A stretch of DNA of 60,918 nt from Desulfosarcina sp. (GTDB lineage: Bacteria > Desulfobacterota > Desulfobacteria > Desulfobacterales > Desulfosarcinaceae): positions 1 to 60,918 of the forward strand of contig JAQYWF010000001.1 in NCBI GenBank assembly GCA_030145105.1, in the 5' to 3' direction. Both the position numbers and the translations under genes were made by a program. Shown in pieces: positions 30,393 to 39,462 of this stretch (the first letter of the stretch is position 1; each line of letters opens with the position of its first letter). The notes under the pieces were generated by a model. The model made no database searches and was not told the DNA's origin. It saw only the letters and a program-made list of their open reading frames with translations.

Positions 30393-30412
30393 TTAATTGA
30401 ATATGCAGTTAA
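30393..30412. promoter_or_regulatory. Putative TetR (BetI-like) operator 1
   Basis: TTAATTGAATATGCAGTTAA, 16/20 to the palindrome TTAATTGAACGTTCAATTAA, in the gabT/tetR divergent region. Confidence 0.65.
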
Positions 30413-30612
30413 TAATCGTATGCAACACCCCATTGGCATGACAAACCCCAAACGCGTCGGAACTGTTTGAATCATAAAAACAGCACTGCCAATTCAAAAT
30501 ATATACTTTCAGATAATTATTTTGGCAAGCAGAACTAGGACGTCATAACCGTCGACGATCGAAAAAGACCAACCCATACCATCCTGAAAGTCCACAAAGA
30601 ACTGAACCGGTC

Positions 30613-31215
30613 ATGCGAAAAAATAAAAGTGCAGCACTCAGAAAACCGGACATCCTCGAGAGCTATTATCAGGTGCTCATCCAGGAGGGACTCGAAGGCA
30701 CCTCTATCAGCAAAATAGCCAGCCGGATAGGCATTCATCCGAGCCTTATCATCCATTATTTCAAGAACAAAGAGAATATGAAGCTCGAGCTCGTTGATCT
30801 GCTGATAGAAAAATATCAGTCTCCGGCAATGATCAACTTCGACCATATTGAGGATGACGAAGAACACTTCAATGCGATCATGGACGTGCTTTTCTCGTTC
30901 AAATGGAATCGAACCGTGGACCCGGGTGTGCATTTCGGTTTTTATTACCTGAGCTTGAGAAATGAACAGATCTTGGCACGCTTCAGGGTAATGTTCAAAT
31001 GGCTGCGGGACTACCTGTGTGAAAAGCTGATCTATTTCGATGAGAAAGGCATCATCAGCGTCACGGATGCGATCAAGGCTGCCGACTACATCGTTACCCT
31101 GATGGAAGGACTGGAGTTTCACTCCCAGTTTTTAGCAAACGGGAAGCATTTCGATGATTTTGCGCAATCCGCCCAAAAAATCCTGGTCAGCGCATTGAAA
31201 AACGGCGAATTTTGA
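30613..31215 (+). CDS. TetR family regulator (BetI-like)
   Basis: N-terminal HTH 'EGLEGTSISKIASRIGIHPSLIIHYFKNKE'. Confidence 0.9.
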   Translation: MRKNKSAALRKPDILESYYQVLIQEGLEGTSISKIASRIGIHPSLIIHYFKNKENMKLELVDLLIEKYQSPAMINFDHIEDDEEHFNAIMDVLFSFKWNRTVDPGVHFGFYYLSLRNEQILARFRVMFKWLRDYLCEKLIYFDEKGIISVTDAIKAADYIVTLMEGLEFHSQFLANGKHFDDFAQSAQKILVSALKNGEF

Positions 31216-31367
31216 TAGCATGAGCATGATTGGGTTGGCGCGCATTGTTATTCCGTCGGAATGCTTTTAGATAAACGAACCTAAGTGAGTGGCAGGGTCC
31301 CTGCTTAATCCGAGCCGACTATCTTTTTAGGGAGAAAGCATACAAACAGTATCTGTAGAAGAGAAAA

Positions 31368-31387
31368 TTAAACGAACGTTCAATTAA
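31368..31387. promoter_or_regulatory. Putative TetR (BetI-like) operator 2
   Basis: TTAAACGAACGTTCAATTAA, 18/20 to the same palindrome, about 85 bp upstream of the patA-aor start. Confidence 0.7.
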
Positions 31388-31471
31388 TAGTTTTCGAATA
31401 ACCAGTTTATCATTGAGTCACCGAACGCCGACCGTATTCGCGGTCGAACCATTCCAACGAAGGAGCATCGA

Positions 31472-34400
31472 ATGCGAGATTACGACGAGCATTTCAAAAG
31501 CGACTACCAGGGAAGAGACATTCAGTCGGCTTATGCCGAGGCGCGCAAGATGGTGGACACCATCCTGACCCCTCCGGACCAGACCCCCCTCGAGGTCCGC
31601 CAGGACATTGCCAAGAAAACGGTGCGCAATTTCCGGGACCACATCAACAAGGGGTTTCTGGAGTATCGTAAATCCGTCACCGAGGCCGGCAACTTCGCCT
31701 ACACGGAGTGGACCGGTCAGGGATCGGTGCTGGTGGATGCCCTGGGGCGCGAATTCTTGGACATCCTGGGCGGGTTCGGTCTATACTCCTATGGTATCCG
31801 CCACCCCAAAATCGTTGCTGCGGTCAAGGCCCAACTAGACCGATCCCCCCAGTACAGCCAGGAACTGCTCGATCCGCTCCGTGCTGAACTGGGTCATGTG
31901 CTGGCCCTGCTGACACCGGGAAAAATTCAATACGGTTTTTTTGCCAATTCCGGAACCGAGGCGGTGGAAGGGGCCATGAAGCTGGCCAAGCTGTACACCG
32001 GTAAAAAGGGCTTCATCGCCTGCCTCAAGGGGTTCCACGGCAAGACCCTAGGCAGCCTGTCACTCATCGGCAAGAAAGTCTTCCGCGAGCCCCTCATGCC
32101 GCTGCTGGACGGGGTGCAGCATGTGCCCTTCGGGGATGCCGATGCCGTTGAACAGATGCTGGCGGCGGCCAAAGCCGTGGGGCAGGACATCGCCGGCGTG
32201 GTGGTCGAACCGATCCAGGGCGAAGCCGGCGCCATCGTGCCGCCGGACGACTTCTGGCCGCGACTGAGAGAAGTGTGCAACCATTACGGCGTGCTGCTGA
32301 TCGCCGACGAGGTTCAGACCGGTTTCGGTCGCACTGGGAAGATTTTCGGTGTAGATCACTGGGAAGTGACCCCGGACATCATGTGCTTCGGTAAAGCCCT
32401 GGGAGGCGGCGTCGTGCCCATGAGCGCCTTTTTCTCCACCCCTGAAATCTGGTCATGCATGGAACCCAACCCCTTCATGCACACCACCACCACCGGCGGC
32501 AACCCGCTGGCCTGTTCAGCCGCACTGGCGGCCGTCACCGTGCTGATCGAGGAAGACCTGGCCGAGCAGGCCCGCAAGAAAGGCGAGTATGTTCTCAACC
32601 ATCTTGAAACGTTGAAAGCACGCTACCCCGGCGTACTGGCCAAAACCCGCGGACTGGGCTTGTTGCTGGGCATGGAGTTTCCCACGGACGGCATCGGTTA
32701 CAAGGTCGCCTCCGGGCTCTTCTCACGGGGCGTGCTCACCGCCGGAACCCTCACCAACGCCAAGAATATCCGCTTCGAACCGGCCCTGACCATTCCACAA
32801 GATATCCTGGACGAGGTGCTCAACCGTCTCGAGGATGTGTTTAAATCCATCGAGCGGCCCCAACGCGAAAAGGTCAGCAACCTATACGCCGGCCGCATGC
32901 TGCACATCGACCTGTCGTCCGGCAAGGCCACCGCCGAACCCCTCAACGAGGCGTGGGCCCGGGAGTATATCGGCGGCTGGGGACTGGGGGCCAAATACTA
33001 CACCGAATCGGTGGATCCCACAGTGGAACCCCTCTCCGTCGAAAACAATTTCGTAGTCATGACCGGCCCCATGGCCGGGACGCTGGCTCCGACCGGCTCG
33101 CGCACCTGCCTGGTCTCCAAATCGCCCCACACCGGGACGATCTTCGAATCCAACATCGGCGGTGCCTTCGGTCCCGAACTGAAATTTGCCGGCTATGACG
33201 GCATCGTCATCAGCGGCAAGGCCGATAAGCCGGTGTGGCTAAAAATCGAAGACGACGCCGTATCCATAGAGAATGCCGATTCCCTGTGGGGCAAGGGCAT
33301 TTTCGAAACCGAGCAAGCCCTGGAAGAGGAAGTCGGCCTCGGCATGAAAAGCCTGGCCATAGGCCCGGCCGGCGAGAACCTGGTGACCTTTGCCTGCGTC
33401 GGTTCGGAGTCCTACCGGCAGATGGGCCGGGGCGGCGTGGGCACGCTGTTCGGCTGCAAAAATCTCAAAGCCATCGCCGTCAAGGGAACCGGCGGCGTTC
33501 AGGTGGCCGAGATCGGTGAATTCTGGGGTAAGGTGTCCGAGCATCTGGAAGACAACCTGATGACCATCGACAATCAGTGGGCCAAGGATCAGGGCACTCC
33601 CATGCTGGTGGATGTGACCAACGAGATGGGCATCCATCCCACCCGTAACTTCACCAACGGGGTCAACCCCCATCGCCGCAAACTGGACGCCGACGCCGTG
33701 ATGGACATCAAGATCGGCGACCGCGCCTGTGCCACCTGCCCCCTGGGCTGCGGCAACTTCACATCGATCAACGGCGTCCAGGTCGAGGGCCCGGAATACG
33801 AAACCCTTTGCCTGGGCGGATCCAACTGCGAGATCAACGATATGGAGCAGGTCATGCGCTTTAACCGCAAGTGCGACGACCTGGGGCTGGACACCATGTC
33901 CACCGGCAATATCATTGGCTTGGCCATGGCCCTGACCGAGTCCGGCGCTGCCGACCTGGGCCTGACCTTCGGCGATGCCGAGGCTTACCTGCAGGTTCTG
34001 GATGAGATGGCCAACCGCTCCACCGAGCGCGGCCGCGATCTAACCCTGGGCGCCGCCAAACTGGCCGACAAATACGGCCGGCCCGATCAGGCGGCCCACT
34101 CCAAGGGACTGGAAATGCCGGCCTATGACCCGCGAGGCAACTACGGCATGGGCCTGGCCTACGCTACCAGCGAGCGAGGTGCCTGCCATCTGCGTGCCTT
34201 TCCCCTGTTTGCCGACGATCCTTTCAAGCTCAGAGACCTGGCCAAAGAGGTCGTGGCCATGCAAAACACCAACGGGGCCAAATGGTCCATGTGCTTCTGC
34301 GATTTCTGGGGATCGGTTGACACGACCATCATGGCCGACCTGCTTACGAAGGGCTTGGGGCGCCAGTTTTCCGCGAAAGATCTGGACAAGGTCGGCGAGC

Positions 34401-34639
34401 GGGTCTGGAACCTGGTGCGCATGTTCAACCTGGCGGCGGGATTCACCGCGGCGGACGACGTCCTGTCCGAAAAGTTCACCCGACGGGCCCTGGAAAACGG
34501 CCCCCACGAGGGCCGCGTCCTGGCCCCCGAGACGATGGAAGAACTCAAGGGTTTCTACTATCGCCAGCGGGGATGGGATGAAGACGGCCAGCCCAAGGCG
34601 GCCAAGCTTCATCAGCTGGGACTGAGCGACCTGAAATAA
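31472..34639 (+). CDS. patA: Fused putrescine aminotransferase (PatA/YgjG-like) / aldehyde:ferredoxin oxidoreductase
   Basis: AAGGAG RBS. N half: 'GFLEYRKSVT', 'FHGKTLGSLS', 'DEVQTG', 'FGKALGGG', 'HTTTTGGNPLAC'. C half from about 32885: 'YAGRMLHIDLS', 'IGPAGEN', 'CATCPLGC', 'GPEYE', 'CDDLGLD', 'GACHL', 'YYRQRGWD'. Confidence 0.93.
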   Translation: MRDYDEHFKSDYQGRDIQSAYAEARKMVDTILTPPDQTPLEVRQDIAKKTVRNFRDHINKGFLEYRKSVTEAGNFAYTEWTGQGSVLVDALGREFLDILGGFGLYSYGIRHPKIVAAVKAQLDRSPQYSQELLDPLRAELGHVLALLTPGKIQYGFFANSGTEAVEGAMKLAKLYTGKKGFIACLKGFHGKTLGSLSLIGKKVFREPLMPLLDGVQHVPFGDADAVEQMLAAAKAVGQDIAGVVVEPIQGEAGAIVPPDDFWPRLREVCNHYGVLLIADEVQTGFGRTGKIFGVDHWEVTPDIMCFGKALGGGVVPMSAFFSTPEIWSCMEPNPFMHTTTTGGNPLACSAALAAVTVLIEEDLAEQARKKGEYVLNHLETLKARYPGVLAKTRGLGLLLGMEFPTDGIGYKVASGLFSRGVLTAGTLTNAKNIRFEPALTIPQDILDEVLNRLEDVFKSIERPQREKVSNLYAGRMLHIDLSSGKATAEPLNEAWAREYIGGWGLGAKYYTESVDPTVEPLSVENNFVVMTGPMAGTLAPTGSRTCLVSKSPHTGTIFESNIGGAFGPELKFAGYDGIVISGKADKPVWLKIEDDAVSIENADSLWGKGIFETEQALEEEVGLGMKSLAIGPAGENLVTFACVGSESYRQMGRGGVGTLFGCKNLKAIAVKGTGGVQVAEIGEFWGKVSEHLEDNLMTIDNQWAKDQGTPMLVDVTNEMGIHPTRNFTNGVNPHRRKLDADAVMDIKIGDRACATCPLGCGNFTSINGVQVEGPEYETLCLGGSNCEINDMEQVMRFNRKCDDLGLDTMSTGNIIGLAMALTESGAADLGLTFGDAEAYLQVLDEMANRSTERGRDLTLGAAKLADKYGRPDQAAHSKGLEMPAYDPRGNYGMGLAYATSERGACHLRAFPLFADDPFKLRDLAKEVVAMQNTNGAKWSMCFCDFWGSVDTTIMADLLTKGLGRQFSAKDLDKVGERVWNLVRMFNLAAGFTAADDVLSEKFTRRALENGPHEGRVLAPETMEELKGFYYRQRGWDEDGQPKAAKLHQLGLSDLK

Positions 34640-34720
34640 CCAACTTGAACCGATCAATGCAATCAACCGGTAGCCAGCCAAACACTTAAGCGGTCGACCA
34701 CCGGAATAATGGAGGATCCA

Positions 34721-35266
34721 ATGGAAAAACACCTGATGGCCATTCCCAACCGATGTACCGGATGCAATCGATGCGTGTATGCCTGCTCAGCGGTCAAGGA
34801 GGGGATGTTCATACCCTCCAAGGCGCGGGTGCAGGTCAGCAACTTCACCCACGAAGGATACTCGGTGCCCAACGTCTGTTTTCAATGCCCTAAAGCTGCC
34901 TGCATGGAGGCCTGCCCCACCGACGCGATCTTCAAGAGCGACCGCGGCGTTATCGTCGTGGACGCCAAGAAATGCGACGGCTGCGGCAACTGCGTGGACG
35001 CCTGCCCCTATGGCATGATCGAGCAGTACGTTTCCGGCACGGCCTATAAATGCGACCTGTGTGGCGGCGCCCCGGCCTGCGTGGCCGAGTGCCACTATGG
35101 CGCCCTGGTATTCAAGGAAGCCGACAACGTGTTGCTCAAGTGCCGCAAGGAGCAGATGAAGCAACGCCAGAAAGAGGGAGGGTCGGCTGAGAAACGGCGC
35201 GCCCTGGCCGTTGAAGTGCTCAAAGGGGCTGAACGGGTACCCCGCACTGCCGGGTATATGGGCTGA
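34721..35266 (+). CDS. 4Fe-4S polyferredoxin (likely AOR electron-transfer subunit)
   Basis: GGAGG RBS. CTGCNRCVYAC, CFQCPKAACMEACP, CDGCGNCVDACP, KCDLC...CVAEC. Confidence 0.92.
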   Translation: MEKHLMAIPNRCTGCNRCVYACSAVKEGMFIPSKARVQVSNFTHEGYSVPNVCFQCPKAACMEACPTDAIFKSDRGVIVVDAKKCDGCGNCVDACPYGMIEQYVSGTAYKCDLCGGAPACVAECHYGALVFKEADNVLLKCRKEQMKQRQKEGGSAEKRRALAVEVLKGAERVPRTAGYMG

Positions 35267-35317
35267 GAAACGATAGTTCAAAAAAGGGGAGACGGATGTC
35301 CCGGTCAATGGTACGGT

Positions 35318-35465
35318 TCAGAAAACAAAAAAATACCCAAAAACCAAATGACAAATAAATAACAATAGCTAAAATTCCAAACAACTATTGGTTTGGATAA
35401 TGTTGAGAATTGGTTATTGCAATTTGGAATTTATTTGAGATTTGGTGCTTGGAATTTGTTGTTTC
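35318..35465. repeat. AT-rich long hairpin repeat, copy 1
   Basis: CCAAATGACAAATAAAT pairs with ATTTATTTGAGATTTGG. Three blocks are shared with 43774-43975. Confidence 0.75.
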
Positions 35466-35500
35466 AGAATAAGCATAGACAATTCAACTTTCGGGATCGA

Positions 35501-36598
35501 ATGATGCCCCAAACACGCACCAGCACACCATTGGAAGACGGCTACCGCATGCCCGCAGAATTTGAACCCCACCGGGGATGCTGGATGCTGTGGCCCGAGC
35601 GGGGAGATACATGGCGCATGGGCGCAAAACAGGCCCAGGCCGCCTTTGCCGAAGTGGCCGCGGTCATTGCGGCCTTCGAGCCGGTGACGGTCGGCGCCAG
35701 CCGCGGTCAATGGGAAAACGCCCGGGCCATGCTGCCCGATGCGGTCCGGGTGGTGGAGATCTCCTCGGACGATGCCTGGATGCGGGATGTGGGCCCCACC
35801 TTTGTGATCAATGAAGGCCAAGAGACCCGCGGGGTCGACTGGCACTTCAACGCCTGGGGCGGCTTGGAAGGCGGCATCTACTTCCCCTGGTCCCAGGACA
35901 GCATGGTGGCCAGGAAAGTTCTCGAAATCGAAGGCGCCGACCGCTACCGCGCCCCCCTGGTCATGGAGGGCGGTTCTTTTCACGTGGACGGCCAAGGCAC
36001 CTTGATCACCACCGAGGAGTGCCTGCTCAATTCCAACCGCAACCCCCAACTTACCCAGCAGCAGATCGAGGCCTCGCTGAAAACCTACCTGAATATGCAC
36101 AAGGTGGTCTGGCTCGATAAAGGGGTGTACATGGACGAGACCGACGGCCATGTGGACAACCTGTGTTGTTTCGTCAAACCCGGGGAAGTGCTGCTCACCT
36201 GGACCGATGATCCCGACGATCCCCAGTACGAGATATCCAGGCAGGCCCTGGAGAAACTTTCCGCCGCAACGGACGCACGTGGACGGTCGCTGGTTGTCCA
36301 CAAGATCCATCAGCCCGATCCGATGGTGGTCTCCGCAGCGGAATGCGAGGGATTGGACGCCAGCGAGACGGCCAAACCCCGTAAGGCCGGTGACCGGCTG
36401 GCCGCCTCTTACGTCAATTTTTATATCGCCAACGGCGGGATTGTCATGCCGCTTTTAGACGACACCCACGACCGGGCGGCCATGGACCTGCTCGCCCGGC
36501 TCTTTCCGGACCGAAGGGTCGTTGGCGTCAGAAGCCGGGAGATCCTGCTGGGAGGCGGAAACATCCACTGCATCACCCAGCAGATCCCGATGGGTTAA
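35501..36598 (+). CDS. aguA: Agmatine deiminase
   Basis: 'MPAEFEPH...WPER.DTW', 'DAWMRDVGP', 'FNAWGG', 'EGGS', 'ETDGHVDN', '[11 protein letters not shown]'. Confidence 0.95.
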   Translation: MMPQTRTSTPLEDGYRMPAEFEPHRGCWMLWPERGDTWRMGAKQAQAAFAEVAAVIAAFEPVTVGASRGQWENARAMLPDAVRVVEISSDDAWMRDVGPTFVINEGQETRGVDWHFNAWGGLEGGIYFPWSQDSMVARKVLEIEGADRYRAPLVMEGGSFHVDGQGTLITTEECLLNSNRNPQLTQQQIEASLKTYLNMHKVVWLDKGVYMDETDGHVDNLCCFVKPGEVLLTWTDDPDDPQYEISRQALEKLSAATDARGRSLVVHKIHQPDPMVVSAAECEGLDASETAKPRKAGDRLAASYVNFYIANGGIVMPLLDDTHDRAAMDLLARLFPDRRVVGVRSREILLGGGNIHCITQQIPMG

Positions 36599-36676
36599 TT
36601 CAAGGTCCGATTAAACGCAGATCTCGGGCTTTTCAGAATAGTCAATGTTGATGAGGTCGCATAAAGTCGCATTTTC

Positions 36677-36916
36677 GACGGTTTCGTTAAAAGCCCGATA
36701 TCAAGGTTTGCGAGCCGCGATAGTGAGCGTGATCACCGTCGTTTTTGACGGAATCAGCGAGCGAACTGAAAATCGATCGTCATCCATACGGCGAATCTTC
36801 CCCGCACGGTTTGCCGCGGGGGAGATTCAATCCCGAGGAATGAGGTGTACTTACCGTACTCCGCAGTGACGAGGGATGAAGCGTAACGCAGATATCGTGT
36901 TTTTTACGAAACCGTC
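36677..36916. repeat. MITE/ERIC-like element, copy 2, with a 115-bp nested insert
   Basis: Ends GACGGTTTCGTTAAAAG / TTTTTTACGAAACCGTC. Insert about 36714-36828 relative to copy 1. Confidence 0.85.
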
Positions 36917-36932
36917 AATATTAGAGGAGACC

Positions 36933-37808
36933 ATGGCCACCATCAAAGTGGCGGCAACCCAAATGCCGTGCAGTTCCAAAGTAGAGGAAAACCTTTCAGT
37001 CGCAGAGATGATAGTGCGAACCGCAGCAGGCCAGGGTGCAACAATTATCCTGCTTCAGGAGTTGTTCGAGACCCTGTACTTCTGCCAGGTGGAAAAGCCA
37101 GATTTCTTCTCGCTGGCCACCTCTCTGGAGGATAACCCGGCCGTCAGGCGTTTCTCGACAATCGCGGCAGAACTGCAGGTCGTTTTGCCGATCAGCTTTT
37201 TCGAGAAAAAAGGCCAGTCCTTCTTCAACAGCCTGGCGGTAATCGATGCCGACGGATCCGTTTTGGGAACCTACCGCAAAACCCACATCCCCGATGGCCC
37301 GGGGTACGAAGAGAAATACTACTTCAGCCCGGGCGATACCGGATTCAAAGTCTGGAAAACACGCTACGCCACCATCGGCGTGGGCATCTGCTGGGATCAG
37401 TGGTTTCCAGAAGCCGCCAGATCCATGGCGCTGATGGGCGCTGAGATGCTGCTCTACCCCACGGCCATCGGGTCCGAGCCCCTGAATCTGTCCTATGACA
37501 GCCAGCCCCACTGGCAGACCTGCATGCAGGGTCATGCCGCCGCCAACATCATGCCGGTTGTCGCCTCAAACCGCATCGGCAGTGAAACCATCGACGGGTC
37601 CACCCTGACCTTCTATGGATCATCGTTTATCACGGACAACAAGGGTGCACTGATTGCCCAAAGCGACCGACAGTCCATGGGCGTCATCGTTGCTGAACTG
37701 GACCTGTCGGCCTATTCCGCAGAACGAGCGGCGTGGGGCCTTTTCCGCGACAGGCGACCCGACGCCTATGAGAGGCTGTTAACCCTGGATGGTGACCACC
37801 CGTCATGA
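36933..37808 (+). CDS. aguB: N-carbamoylputrescine amidase
   Basis: GAGGAG RBS. Nitrilase triad 'LQELF', 'YRKTHIPDGPGYEEK', 'ICWDQWFPE', plus 'YPTAIGSEP'. Confidence 0.95.
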   Translation: MATIKVAATQMPCSSKVEENLSVAEMIVRTAAGQGATIILLQELFETLYFCQVEKPDFFSLATSLEDNPAVRRFSTIAAELQVVLPISFFEKKGQSFFNSLAVIDADGSVLGTYRKTHIPDGPGYEEKYYFSPGDTGFKVWKTRYATIGVGICWDQWFPEAARSMALMGAEMLLYPTAIGSEPLNLSYDSQPHWQTCMQGHAAANIMPVVASNRIGSETIDGSTLTFYGSSFITDNKGALIAQSDRQSMGVIVAELDLSAYSAERAAWGLFRDRRPDAYERLLTLDGDHPS

Positions 37809-38257
37809 AAAGGTTGACTGTCCAGCACCTCAGAAATGCAAAAGACCGCCTGCGGCATGCCGTCATCTATGAAATTGTGGGTCTGATCCTGGTCGTGCCG
37901 CTGGCGGCGTTGGGATTTGGTACGGACCTGTTGGACACCGGCGTTCTGGGCATCTTTTTCAGCATCCTGGCCATGGTCTGGAATATGATCTACAATCACT
38001 ATTTCGATATCATGCTCTTGAAAAATGGACGCAACCCCGCTCGGCGGGGCTTTTGGCTTCGAGCCGTCCACGCCCTATTATTTGAAGCGGGATTCATCAT
38101 CGTCAGCGTCCCAGCCATCGCTTGGTGGCTGTCTCTATCCCTGGTAAAAGCATTGGCCATGGACCTGGGGTTTACCCTTTTTTATATCGGGTACACCTAT
38201 GTGTACAATTGGGCCTATGATCGGATTTTCCCCTATCCGGTGCTTAAACCGGAATAA
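37805..38257 (+). CDS. PACE (AceI-like) efflux transporter
   Basis: 'RLRHAVIYE', 'WNMIYNHYFD', 'RAVHALLFEAG', 'YTYVYNWAYD'. Overlaps the aguB stop (ATGA). Confidence 0.9.
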   Translation: MKRLTVQHLRNAKDRLRHAVIYEIVGLILVVPLAALGFGTDLLDTGVLGIFFSILAMVWNMIYNHYFDIMLLKNGRNPARRGFWLRAVHALLFEAGFIIVSVPAIAWWLSLSLVKALAMDLGFTLFYIGYTYVYNWAYDRIFPYPVLKPE

Positions 38258-38528
38258 AGTGGTCCCCGACCCGGCCAGAAAGGCTGGACACCTTAATGCA
38301 ATACCTGGGAAGCGGCATCCTCGTGGCCCACAATGCCGCGTTCGATCTGCATCTTCTGAACCGTCTGATGAGGGAGCACCAAGGATTCGCGCTACAGAAT
38401 CTGGTCATCGACACCCCATTTTATTTCCCTCTGCTGGCCCGCTATTCGTTCCCATTGACAGTTCATTGAAAAAACTCATACTATTGAACCGTGACAACTT
38501 ACCAACTCATTTCTTGCGAATTGTAGCC

Positions 38529-39326
38529 ATGAAACCAGAGCAATCTGTTCACAAACGTAAGCAAAGGGATTTGTTCCGCCCTGAGCTCACGAAAATGATC
38601 GATCACGGGCATGGGCTAGTCAAACTTGCCAAGGCAGTCAACTGGGATCGCATGGACGCGGTGCTCACTGAACGCTATTGCCCGGGAAACGGCCGACCGG
38701 CTATCAGCACCCGGTTGATAGTATCGCTGCAATACCTCAAGTACATCTACCACCTCAGTGATAAGGATGTCGTTTACGGATGGGTAGAAAACCCCTACTG
38801 GCAGTATTTAAGCGGGAAGCAATTTTTCGAGCATGACCCGCCGATCAATCCGTCCAGCATGTCCCGATGGCGCAAACGAATCGGTGAGGCCGGAGCAGAA
38901 GCACTACTCAAGGAAACCATTGCTGCCGGGTTGAAGATCAAACCGGTCAAACCCCATCCGTTCAAAAGGGTCAACGTGGACACGACCTTACAGGAAAAAG
39001 ATCTAAAGCGTGGTTCAGAGATAATCGTCAGACTCTGGCATGGAAGAACACATATATCTTCAGCCGATACGTATGCTGAATTTATGAAAGAGAGGGCCGC
39101 ACCCGATTATAGATCCATAGACGGGTTGAAGAAACTTTATTTTCTCCGGCGAATCGATGAAGACGTGGCCCATTTCTTGTTGGTTACCATATGGGATTCA
39201 ATGGCGTCAGTAAAAAAGTTTGCCGGAGAGCATCCCGTGAAGGCCAAGTATTACCCAGAAGATGATTCTTTTTTGCTTGAAAAAGAAGAAACTTCAGCGT
39301 TGTATGAAATTTTTTTTGAAAGGTAA
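38529..39326 (+). mobile_element. Truncated IS5-family transposase fused in frame to an antibiotic-biosynthesis-monooxygenase (ABM)-like domain
   Basis: 'GRPAISTR...LSD...WVENPYWQY...SSMSRWRKRIG...VDTT' then 'IVRLWHGRT...HFLLVTIWDS...FAG...AKYYPED'. Confidence 0.8.
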
Positions 39327-39462
39327 TGCAATTACCTTTACAGCGGTTTCAGTTGGTATACGAGGCCTGAGCATTAAGAATGAAGATCGATTTCTAATTC
39401 GCTCGTTTACCCCGCTGTGAGCAGCTGGGAGTGCGCTGGCTATTGCAGTTCAGGATTTTCAG

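Noticed and set aside
35318-35465. CRISPR-like array
   Set aside because: No constant repeats with unique spacers and no cas genes; it is an inverted-repeat element.
35393-35500. N-terminal extensions of aguA (35393), aguB (36876) and the transposase ORF (38199)
   Set aside because: They run through repeats or the upstream gene. Better starts are 35501, 36933 and 38529.
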